Shown here piece by piece: positions 20,414-28,395 of a stretch of 64,000 nt of DNA (position 1 is its first letter; each line of letters starts with the position of its first letter). The notes below the pieces were generated by a model. It saw nothing but the letters and a program-made list of their open reading frames with translations, searched no databases and had not been told where the DNA came from. Source of the DNA: a virus (Duplodnaviria; Caudoviricetes). The stretch is from positions 1-64,000 of the IMG/VR virus record IMGVR_UViG_3300037420_002493, one strand, 5' to 3'. Made by a program: the position numbers and the translations under genes.

Positions 20414-22231
20414 ATGCCGATCGCAGCTTCAGCAAGAATTGACCTAATCGACTCTGACCCGAATGTTGTTTCTAACATCCAAGGTGGTCCAGAGCCACAG
20501 GATGAATGGCTGCATTTTCGCTTCTCACAGGACTATCCTCAATACCAGCGAATGCGGCGTGACCCGCATGTTCGGTCTCGCCTAGATAAACGAGTTGATG
20601 CAATCCTAGGTCGCAGTGTTTTGGTTGAGGCTCCCAAGAAGCGGGGAGCTGCAAAAGCCGCAGAGAAAGTTCAGTCCATTCTCGATAAGGTCAAGTACGA
20701 AGCGCTTTGTAAGGCGGTACTGAAGTCAGGAATGCTGATTGGATTCAGCGTGCTGCAAATCGATTTTGTGGAAGATGAGGACGACAAGACTCTACTGATT
20801 CCAAAGTGGAAGTTTGTTCCACAATCACGCTTCACCTTTGCCTATCACAAGCCGGACGATCGGGCAGTTCTAGTGGTCAATGATGATGATCTTGACCCCG
20901 CAACCGAGATTTTATTAGTTCATGGCTATGAGCTGAGGCTACTCACCAAACGTGCTCCTATCTACGGGGAGCGAGTTCCCAAGAACCGATTTCTATGTTT
21001 TACGTTTGACTCTGAAGATAGCCCGTGGGGTTTGGGACTGGGCTACTCCATTTTCCCGTGGTGGGAAGTCAAACGGTGTGCGCTCAAAGCGTGGTTGCTG
21101 CACTCCGATCGACAAGGTTCACCACCGACGATCGGAACCACCCCAGCCGACCTAGACCCCAGCCATAACGACGACCACAAGAAGATCATTGCTGACTTTG
21201 AGGGGTTTCTGAAGGCGTTATCTCCGAGCAATTGGGCATCGTTTCCTGAAGGGTTTACGGCTCAGTTATTGGAAACGATCGGGCAGAGTGGACCAGAGGT
21301 GCATCAAGCCCTCATTCGGGAAGCAGACAACCAAATCAGTAAAGTTGTGTTGGGAGAAGTCCCCTTCTCGGACAAAGACACAGGCAGTTATGCCGCAAAT
21401 GCATCTCAGGTCGAAGATAGAAGCTCAACCCTGACCGACGGGGATTGCAACCTACTGGATGAGCAACTCTATGACGGGTTGTGGTTGCCAACTTTTGAGC
21501 TAAACAGCATCGTCGATGATGCCCCGATCGTGCGTCGGGAATCATTCGCAGACACGCGCAAAGCCGCCCTTGAGAAGCAGAAGCTAGAGCATTCCAAGGC
21601 GGTAGCTGACCGAGACAAAGAACTGCAAGAACTGGGCTATCGTCGCACCGCTCAGAGTGTACTAGAAATTCATGGTGAAGGGCTGGAGTCGATTCAAACT
21701 GACACCGAGAAGCCGCCATTGGTGAGCACGATCGGGGTCGGTGGAACGCAAGCTCTATTAGGGTTGCTACAGCAAGCGTCGTCTGGAGAGTTGCCGAAAG
21801 AGAATGCGGTGGCAGCAATGGTTGCGATGTTTGGGCTTGACGAGAAAACCGCTGGCGCGATCGTGCCAGAACCGAAGCAAGAAAACTCGCAATCGTCGTC
21901 GCTCGATCAGCTTTTTGGAGGAGATACCGCGCCGACGGATACGACTAACTCAGATACCCCAGCACCTCAACCGCAGTTTACCGAGCCAGAGTCAGAGCAG
22001 GTTGAGACGGTACGGGATGAATTACCCAGCGAGTTTGCCGCAGCCGTTGCAGCGTTGAGCCGACTGGATACGATCGGGCTTGAGGAATTTGGACTGGTAT
22101 GGGATGACACGACCGAGTTTGATGAAGCGATCGCAGCGCTAAACCGAATTGAGGTAGATGGAATAGAGGTTGATATCTCCCTTGACTTTGAGGAGTGGGG
22201 GATTTGCCAACCCGATCGTAGTTACTCATGA
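20414..22231 (+). CDS. Portal protein (DUF935 / Mu gp29-like) with long acidic C-terminal extension
   Basis: DPHV.S.L.KR..AIL; IGFSV.QI; PWGLGLG..IFP.W..KR..LK.W; QISKVVLG motifs. Stop codon lies in last CRISPR repeat. Confidence 0.9.
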   Translation: MPIAASARIDLIDSDPNVVSNIQGGPEPQDEWLHFRFSQDYPQYQRMRRDPHVRSRLDKRVDAILGRSVLVEAPKKRGAAKAAEKVQSILDKVKYEALCKAVLKSGMLIGFSVLQIDFVEDEDDKTLLIPKWKFVPQSRFTFAYHKPDDRAVLVVNDDDLDPATEILLVHGYELRLLTKRAPIYGERVPKNRFLCFTFDSEDSPWGLGLGYSIFPWWEVKRCALKAWLLHSDRQGSPPTIGTTPADLDPSHNDDHKKIIADFEGFLKALSPSNWASFPEGFTAQLLETIGQSGPEVHQALIREADNQISKVVLGEVPFSDKDTGSYAANASQVEDRSSTLTDGDCNLLDEQLYDGLWLPTFELNSIVDDAPIVRRESFADTRKAALEKQKLEHSKAVADRDKELQELGYRRTAQSVLEIHGEGLESIQTDTEKPPLVSTIGVGGTQALLGLLQQASSGELPKENAVAAMVAMFGLDEKTAGAIVPEPKQENSQSSSLDQLFGGDTAPTDTTNSDTPAPQPQFTEPESEQVETVRDELPSEFAAAVAALSRLDTIGLEEFGLVWDDTTEFDEAIAALNRIEVDGIEVDISLDFEEWGICQPDRSYS

Positions 22232-22430
22232 TCGTTGCAGGAGTTGATCTTCAGTTGGGTTTTGAGGAAGCTTGAGTTGCCAACCCACTCTCAATCTTCA
22301 AGCTCGTTGCAGGTTTAGGATCAGGCACTTGCCAACCCACTCTCAATCTTCAAGCTCGTTGCAGTTGCTGCATTTCAGCAACATACCGACGCCCTTGCCA
22401 ACCCGCTCTCAGTCTTTATGATCGTTGCAG
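22204..22430 (-). CRISPR. Mini CRISPR array, 4 repeats (36-37 nt) and 3 spacers (30, 16, 36 nt)
   Basis: Repeats at 22395-22430, 22329-22364, 22277-22312, 22204-22240. Minus-strand consensus CTGCAACGA(N~17)GGGTTGGCAA; middle two identical; immediately downstream of Cas12-like gene. Confidence 0.88.
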
Positions 22431-24367
22431 GGCAACTCCCAAAGCGAAAGCTGGATGTGGTTTTGAAGCCGTTTTGACAAGCGCTTTCTTGAAGATCTTG
22501 AAGATACCCCAGTTTTGCGGGTTGCTGACTCGCTACAGGTGTCACGAAGTCTAGCTGTGTCAGGGATTTCAGAATTTACAAGCATCCCTTTTCCTCCACT
22601 TGCCTGCGTCCTTCGCAATGTATGCGGATTGCGGGCAGTTCTAGGGATCGGAGGCACTAACACAACGGTTAATCCCTGACCAGACGAATCCGGTGATCCT
22701 TTGGCTGCATCCTCAGCAGGTTCACAAACAGTCGTGACTTGTACTTGACTGTTAGGCTCTGGCATGAGCAAGCCTTGTCGAATCGCTGGGGCAATTCGCA
22801 AGGTTCTGTTTTGGACGGGCATCAACTTGCCACACGTCCCGTAAGTGACAGAGCTAAGGAAGTTTGCACTTCCCACTCCGTCTCTGTCTCCTCTCCACCC
22901 ACAACCCCCGTGTTTGGGATTGCAGTAGTAGACGCGGTTTCGCGGCTTGTGCCTGCGTCCGCATTGAGGGCACACTTGAGAGGTAAAGGCTTCACTGGCT
23001 TTCTCGGTTCCGATTCCGCCCGCCAGTTGCATCTTTTCCTCTAAATACTTCGCTTGGGTGGGCATCTCCCACATGTTGTTTCGAGACACTTGTTTGATGC
23101 GACGATTGCCCTTCTTTCTGCCCTTGGGCAATCGGTCCAAATCACCCACGTAAATTTTGCCGACCTTACGTTCAACTGCCCAATCGACAGCGGTACGAGT
23201 AATGGTGTGGTTGGCATAGTTAAGTCTGATCCGGTAATAATCAGCGGCTTTTTGCTGACCCATGTAGAGACGATAATCCCGCTTGCTTCTGCGTCTCAAG
23301 GGTTTGGTGGATTGCTGATTGAGTGCAATGAGTGAGCGTCCCTTACCATCCAGCCCTTCTCTACGACGTTGCCGAATCATTCGCCATGCGTACTTGGCAT
23401 CGCTGCCTGTGCGCTTTTTGCCTTGCCGTTGTCGCTCATTATCTTCTTCCTGCAATCTGCGATAGGTAGCCTTCTCCTCAACAGAGAGGTATTGTCGGAA
23501 TTGCCCCTTAAACACTCGCGCTCTTGCACGATTAATAGCTCGGTAGCGTCCGTCTCGCTCCCGCTTGAGAGCACAGATATCTTTGCCAGAAATAGTTGCC
23601 GTTTCTGCGGTTCCCTCTCCGTTCTGCACGGCAATGACAATGGCACGCTTCTGTCCAAAGTCTACGGCTGCCACTTGGGTGAGTTCAGGATTCGGTTCAA
23701 CGGTGTGCTTTGTGCAGAGATGAAGATAGTAATGACCACTGCGAGATTTAGAAATCTTAGCGTCACCGTCTAGCACTTTACCCTTTAGCTCTGGAAGTCG
23801 CAGCTTCAGTAGATAGGGCTTTGCACCCAGAATTAGCGTGTCTCCTTGGCGCTTGACGTGTAAGCCGCTGAAAGGAACTGGATAGTAGGACTTGAATCGT
23901 TTAGGTAGTTCAGCCTCGTGATCGCCCCGCTTGCGACGAGTAAAACATGCCTTAATAGCTGCCTCAAAGGTGCGACAAATCGCATCTGCTGACTGTGCTG
24001 GAATGCCATAATCAGGTTTCTTGCTCTTACGGACAGCGATAACCAACCGCTCGACACCCTTCTCTTTTCCTTGTTTGGCAGGCTTATTCTCCAACTGCTG
24101 AGGGTAGAGACTGTATTCCTGATTGGTGAACGTGCGAGTCAGTTCGTGTGCCCATCCAAGCTGGAATAGATTTAAGTAGCTGTTCACCTCGTAAGGTTTG
24201 CAGCTTGGGTCAGCCTCTTTTAGGCGCTTGTACTCGTTGCGTTTGTACTGGAGATGTTCAACCAACTGGTTATAGATGCGACGACTCGCTGCAAACATTC
24301 CTTCCAGCATGACTCTCTGGGTTGGAGTAGGAAAGAATTCAATTGTGAGGGTGCGAGTCGCTTCCAT
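22409..24367 (-). CDS. TnpB-derived compact Cas12-like (type V) effector
   Basis: OrfB-type N-terminus; RuvC-I VAAVDFGQK; RuvC-II IYVGDL with alternative Glu in SEAFTSQ; CPQC...C...C zinc finger; RuvC-III DRDGVGSANF; ~85-aa insertion after bridge helix; adjacent array. Confidence 0.88.
   Translation of the reverse strand: MEATRTLTIEFFPTPTQRVMLEGMFAASRRIYNQLVEHLQYKRNEYKRLKEADPSCKPYEVNSYLNLFQLGWAHELTRTFTNQEYSLYPQQLENKPAKQGKEKGVERLVIAVRKSKKPDYGIPAQSADAICRTFEAAIKACFTRRKRGDHEAELPKRFKSYYPVPFSGLHVKRQGDTLILGAKPYLLKLRLPELKGKVLDGDAKISKSRSGHYYLHLCTKHTVEPNPELTQVAAVDFGQKRAIVIAVQNGEGTAETATISGKDICALKRERDGRYRAINRARARVFKGQFRQYLSVEEKATYRRLQEEDNERQRQGKKRTGSDAKYAWRMIRQRRREGLDGKGRSLIALNQQSTKPLRRRSKRDYRLYMGQQKAADYYRIRLNYANHTITRTAVDWAVERKVGKIYVGDLDRLPKGRKKGNRRIKQVSRNNMWEMPTQAKYLEEKMQLAGGIGTEKASEAFTSQVCPQCGRRHKPRNRVYYCNPKHGGCGWRGDRDGVGSANFLSSVTYGTCGKLMPVQNRTLRIAPAIRQGLLMPEPNSQVQVTTVCEPAEDAAKGSPDSSGQGLTVVLVPPIPRTARNPHTLRRTQASGGKGMLVNSEIPDTARLRDTCSESATRKTGVSSRSSRKRLSKRLQNHIQLSLWELPCNDHKD
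22431..22510 (-). promoter_or_regulatory. Putative CRISPR leader
   Basis: Minus strand ...GCGCTTGTCAAAACGGCTTCAAAACCACATCCAGCTTTCGCTTTGGGAGTTGCC|repeat resembles cyanobacterial leaders (judged by eye). Confidence 0.45.
22515..22800 (-). ncRNA. Candidate tracrRNA/scaffold RNA (boundaries approximate)
   Basis: Minus-strand CAACCCGC (22517-22524) is complementary to repeat GCGGGTTG; lies between RuvC-III coding end and leader, as in tracr-dependent small Cas12 loci. Confidence 0.45.
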
Positions 24368-24576
24368 CACGATTCCTCAACTAACTCATCTTCATGGGCA
24401 GAGTCTTCAAACAGGTGTGGACGATCGAACTGGACAAAATACGTGAATCCAGGACGCGACCAGCATGAACCGGGAGCGGTTAACGCATAGAGCACAGCAC
24501 GAATCACACCCGCATCGTTATCGCTCGTTCTGACCCGTTGCCCAATTTGAAACCGACAGGGAGGCAGACTATACAC
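24367..24576 (-). CDS. Small SH3/KOW-like barrel protein (paralog of 58443-58664)
   Basis: F.(I/L).QRV.T...(A/S)G.I......PGFTYF(V/I).FD....FED(S/T)AHE.EL shared; TGA overlaps Cas12-like start. Confidence 0.7.
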   Translation of the reverse strand: MYSLPPCRFQIGQRVRTSDNDAGVIRAVLYALTAPGSCWSRPGFTYFVQFDRPHLFEDSAHEDELVEES

Positions 24577-24838
24577 GGTGACACTCCCCCTGTGGAATCT
24601 GGGCTAATAACTCAGGCGCATCAGCTTCTAGATGAGTAAGATTCTCGTTGACCAACCTTCTCCCAGCCCTCCAAGTCTCTTCGGTAGAGGGAAGAATCCG
24701 ATCGGTCTCAGTGTCTCCTATCTCCTGCCCAAAGGGGTCAAGAACGGCTGTTTTGTAGCCTCCGATGACTTCGATCGGGCAGATTAAATGACCGCGATAT
24801 CTAAAGCTGCAACCCCACAGATAAATGTCTTCTCTCAT
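24569..24838 (-). CDS. Hypothetical protein (paralog of 58183-58446)
   Basis: RG.LI.P(I/V)E.......VL.PFG.EIGDT shared. Confidence 0.7.
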   Translation of the reverse strand: MREDIYLWGCSFRYRGHLICPIEVIGGYKTAVLDPFGQEIGDTETDRILPSTEETWRAGRRLVNENLTHLEADAPELLAQIPQGECHRV

Positions 24839-25125
24839 GACTCAACTACTCCAATAATCCTGTCTTCGTGAATGGTTTCTACCTCATCTCCTTCGTCTCC
24901 ACTCTCAAGGTGGTAATCCCATCCAGGCTCACAGTTCTCCGCAAAGGCAATGGCAACGCGAGTAAACCGACAGCCGCAAATTCTGCCTTCAGCAATCTCG
25001 TCTTTGCTGCTCCCTCTCACTTTGTAGCGAACGGTTTGCCAAATCTCGTATTTGGGCTTTGGAGTAGGGTTACTCAGGTAGTGGTAGAGTTTTTGTTCAA
25101 GTTTGGTTAATGCTGCTTTTGCCAT
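24835..25125 (-). CDS. Small barrel-like protein (paralog of 25129-25446)
   Basis: PKY.(I/L)WQ.V.Y...GR(I/V)CG..F.RV.IAF....PGW.Y shared. Confidence 0.7.
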   Translation of the reverse strand: MAKAALTKLEQKLYHYLSNPTPKPKYEIWQTVRYKVRGSSKDEIAEGRICGCRFTRVAIAFAENCEPGWDYHLESGDEGDEVETIHEDRIIGVVES

Positions 25126-25128
25126 GTC

Positions 25129-25446
25129 TCAGTCCTCCACAATGTCAGTTTCGTAAACCTCGATAATCCTGGCATCGGCTTCGATGCGGTAATACCAGCC
25201 GGGGTCTTCGCCTCGACCTTGAAGAAAGGCAATACCGACGCGCACGAAATGGAAGCCACAGACCCGACCTTGTTTAATTTCTGGGTTGTCGTTGTCGTAA
25301 GATTTATCGTCGTAAGACGTGTATTGAACGAGTTGCCACAAGTTGTATTTGGGCTGAGTTCTGGGGTGATTCAGCAACTCTTGCAAGTGCTGCTCAAATT
25401 CCTCAACCGGATCTGGCGTCACGCCAGTATTGATAGGGGTGGTCAT
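25129..25446 (-). CDS. Small barrel-like protein (paralog of 24835-25125)
   Basis: As above; start MTTPIN. Confidence 0.7.
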   Translation of the reverse strand: MTTPINTGVTPDPVEEFEQHLQELLNHPRTQPKYNLWQLVQYTSYDDKSYDNDNPEIKQGRVCGFHFVRVGIAFLQGRGEDPGWYYRIEADARIIEVYETDIVED

Positions 25447-25460
25447 AAAAACCTCGTAAA

Positions 25461-25913
25461 TTAGCCCAACTGATAAAGACAAACTTGCTCTGCATTGCTC
25501 AGTCCCAACTCGCGCAGAATGAAGCGCGAAATCTCCGAAGGGAACTGAGTTAAAGACAGCTCAATGCGGTTGCTAAACACACCGAGAAAGTGAGCGCGTC
25601 CTTGCTGTGACACTGCTTCTTCGATCAGGGCGTCTAAATCCTCAATCACCGATTGCAGAATCTCAGACTCATCGATCGCAAAGCCCTCTTGGATGTAACT
25701 CACTAAACGCCTTGCTTTTGGAGGTAAGCCCCCATGCTTGAGAATTAGGTCGGTATCTACCTGGTCAAGACATTCTCTTGCCAGTTCTCGTGCGGCAAGT
25801 TCTGCCTCAGTGACAGTGCCAGTGGCGTATTCCTTGCCGTTGATTTTGAAGACGATTAAGCCGTAGAAGTCGTCTTGGGACTTCTGAATTGCGGTTCTAA
25901 CTGCTGTGAGCAT
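25461..25913 (-). CDS. Hypothetical protein
   Basis: 150 aa ORF in the operon leading to the Cas12-like gene. Confidence 0.65.
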   Translation of the reverse strand: MLTAVRTAIQKSQDDFYGLIVFKINGKEYATGTVTEAELAARELARECLDQVDTDLILKHGGLPPKARRLVSYIQEGFAIDESEILQSVIEDLDALIEEAVSQQGRAHFLGVFSNRIELSLTQFPSEISRFILRELGLSNAEQVCLYQLG

Positions 25914-25951
25914 GACTCGCCTAATTCCTAGTTCAGTGGTGTAGAGGGTGA

Positions 25952-25976
25952 GGCATCCTGATCGGATCAGGATGCC
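25952..25976. other. Perfect 11-bp stem-loop GGCATCCTGAT-CGG-ATCAGGATGCC
   Basis: Intergenic, between first and second genes of the minus-strand operon. Confidence 0.7.
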
Positions 25977-25984
25977 AAAGGGAG

Positions 25985-26251
25985 TTAGAAGGCTTGGCAG
26001 GTCTGAGCGAGTTCTTTCTCTTCGACGCGCCAGTCTTGACCCGTAGCAGCTTTTAAGGTTCGGTTGAGCTGGTCGTTAGCCCAGATATCTTGACGAACCA
26101 GGACATCGAAATCTTGAAAATCTAGGGTGGCTTGGCAGCTTTCAAAGCGTCTGGCTTTGACGTGGTAGCGACGAGTAACGACTCCGGTATAGGTAGCGCT
26201 CGGAGCGGTGATGAGACGGGTTTGCTTGGAGGGTGCGATCGTTGTTAGCAT
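25985..26251 (-). CDS. Hypothetical protein, first gene of the operon ending in Cas12-like gene
   Basis: 88 aa; divergent from XRE gene. Confidence 0.6.
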   Translation of the reverse strand: MLTTIAPSKQTRLITAPSATYTGVVTRRYHVKARRFESCQATLDFQDFDVLVRQDIWANDQLNRTLKAATGQDWRVEEKELAQTCQAF

Positions 26252-26418
26252 GACGTAAATCCTTTCGTGGGGTTTGTGGAGGAAGCGCTTGAAGTTGTCC
26301 AGACCCAGAGCGCTTTCTCTATGCTTTCAATATTACCTATTAAGTAATGCTTGTCAAGTAATACCTATGAAGATAAGATATATCTGTAGGCAAACGAGAT
26401 ACTTGAGAGGTGATACCT

Positions 26419-26673
26419 ATGGGGCAATTCTTGGTGAAGATCACCTATACGAAGGACTTTCCGGGAATTGGAAAGCAGATACGCGAATACAGACGGCAAT
26501 CAGATAAGCCTCTAGCTGAGTTGGCAGCAGAGGCAGGTATCAGCGTTCCTCACTGGAACCGAGTTGAAAACGAAAAAGTTGGAGAGCTGCCACTAGAAAC
26601 GCTTCGAGGTATCGAAAAGGCTCTTGGCGTTGATCTAGGAGTACGCTTCGATGATTCATCCTCAAGCCAGTAA
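26419..26673 (+). CDS. XRE/Cro-C1 HTH regulator
   Basis: IREYR...KPLAELAAEAGISVPHWNRVEN...LRGIEKALGVDL. Confidence 0.85.
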   Translation: MGQFLVKITYTKDFPGIGKQIREYRRQSDKPLAELAAEAGISVPHWNRVENEKVGELPLETLRGIEKALGVDLGVRFDDSSSSQ

Positions 26674-26810
26674 CCCTCTCGCTCTTCCATCGGTTTCCTT
26701 GGAGAGCCGATCGCGGGTTAGCAAAGCAAATAGAGGATAATGAAATTAGTCGATTTAAGAGTGTTCGCCAGTTTCTCAACTCAATTCCCACACGTCAACA
26801 TGAGATCACT

Positions 26811-27260
26811 ATGATCCCGATGTTCAGTGCTAACGGAAAATTACCGCCTGGTATCCATCGTTGTACATGGAAAGAATTTGTGGAGCGCTTTGGAATCACG
26901 CCCCATCGCTTGAACCTAATTGCTGGGCTTAAAAGGGCAATGGAGCACTTACAGATAGCGGGATGTTCCATTATTTACATTGACGGCAGTTTTGTAACCG
27001 ACAAAGTAGTGCCTGGCGATTTCGATGCTTGTTGGGAAACTAGAGGTGTTGATGCAAAAAAACTAATCTCGATCGCTCCCTCCTTGTTGGACTTTTCTAA
27101 CAGACGAGCTGCTCAGAAAGCAGAGTACGGCGGAGAGTTATTTTTTGCTGGAGTACCCGCAGATAATGCTGGAAATTTATTTCTAGATTTCTTCCAGATG
27201 GATAGAGATGGTCAGCCCAAAGGGATTATTGCTATTGATTTAGAGAGGTGGCAGCCGTGA
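26811..27260 (+). CDS. Nucleotidyltransferase-fold protein (DUF6932-like)
   Basis: G.LPPGIH..TW.EF..RFG; IYIDGSFVT.K..PGDFD. Confidence 0.75.
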   Translation: MIPMFSANGKLPPGIHRCTWKEFVERFGITPHRLNLIAGLKRAMEHLQIAGCSIIYIDGSFVTDKVVPGDFDACWETRGVDAKKLISIAPSLLDFSNRRAAQKAEYGGELFFAGVPADNAGNLFLDFFQMDRDGQPKGIIAIDLERWQP

Positions 27261-27676
27261 TTGAAAACGAGCAGCAATATCACATCACGCAGGCTCAAGC
27301 TCAGAAGTTTGAAAAGGCTTTAGAGCGTATGCTTCAATCATCCGAGCAAGAGCGCGAGACAAATCCTCTGCTTTGGCAAGCTCAAATCTCTGCTTTGGAG
27401 AGTCAGCTTAGCGACCTGCGCGAAGAAATAGAGGAATACAACACAAGCCGCGTGAAGAGCGAGGGGCTTGAGACTAGATACGGTGAACTGATTACGGTAC
27501 TGGTTGAAGATGTAATACGGGTAAAACAGGAAAATCGACCGCTTTCTAAAATTATTGCCTCGATTGCAGTTGCAAGAGTAGTGGTGACAATCTTGCATGT
27601 TTTATGGAGTATGCCTATAGAGGGTACTATCTCTCTAAGCTCAGCACTTAAAGAAAAGAAGCAATCTGAAGGATGA
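27257..27676 (+). CDS. Partner of NTase-fold protein (antitoxin-like coiled-coil)
   Basis: IENEQQY..T.AQA.KFE.AL N-terminus typical of genes coupled to DUF6932; no clear C-terminal HTH. Confidence 0.55.
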   Translation: MIENEQQYHITQAQAQKFEKALERMLQSSEQERETNPLLWQAQISALESQLSDLREEIEEYNTSRVKSEGLETRYGELITVLVEDVIRVKQENRPLSKIIASIAVARVVVTILHVLWSMPIEGTISLSSALKEKKQSEG

Positions 27677-27777
27677 TCGATTTCAGCGACGATCGTGATG
27701 ACTGAATCGGATTGACGGGCGATCATTTGTCCTAGTTTGGTAATCTTGTAGAATTAACCCCCTAGCTTAGGAATTCT

Positions 27778-28116
27778 ATGAGTAGCCAGAATCAGATTAC
27801 AGCGATGTTAATGCTCAAAGTCTCCGGTCGAGACACCTGGCAAGGCATGGGAGAAAAAGCCTATAGTGTCCTTCCACGAACCGGAGAGTTTATCGAGATA
27901 GACGTTGATGGGACAGCCTATTGGTGCAAGGTTGTCGCTGTTGCTCATTCATCCGAGCCAACGACCAATATTGGCGACATTTATGCCGTCCCACTGGGAA
28001 AATCAACGGACGTGCTAAAACAACTTTTTGATTCTACTGAGTCACCTCATTTTGATTCTGCTGAGTGGTCTCAGGAGCTTGAGGAGAAAGATGCAGGGTG
28101 GATTGGTAAGGTATAG
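27778..28116 (+). CDS. Hypothetical protein
   Basis: 112 aa ORF. Confidence 0.55.
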   Translation: MSSQNQITAMLMLKVSGRDTWQGMGEKAYSVLPRTGEFIEIDVDGTAYWCKVVAVAHSSEPTTNIGDIYAVPLGKSTDVLKQLFDSTESPHFDSAEWSQELEEKDAGWIGKV

Positions 28117-28395
28117 CAGGGCTGGCATTTTTGCTGCGATCTCCTTTGTTGATTTTGCTGATCAAGGACTTGAAATCGGTCAGACGTGACCGATTTGGAT
28201 TGCTTTTTGACTTGTCGAATTCAACAAGTTATCTGCTAGAGATCTGATCGCAGCCCTAGATAGTGATTAGCAAACCTGATTGACAGTCCTCCATTCATCA
28301 AGATATATTGGGGTTAAGTCATCACCAGTTGGGCTTTATTAGCTCGCTGGCTCCCGCTGGGTTACGATCCAGTGGGTATTTTGCTTTATAAGGGC

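Noticed and set aside
20218-20478. ORFs 20218-20442 (+) and 20257-20478 (-)
   Set aside because: The first begins at the ATG created by the palindrome, both overlap the portal start, and neither has motifs.
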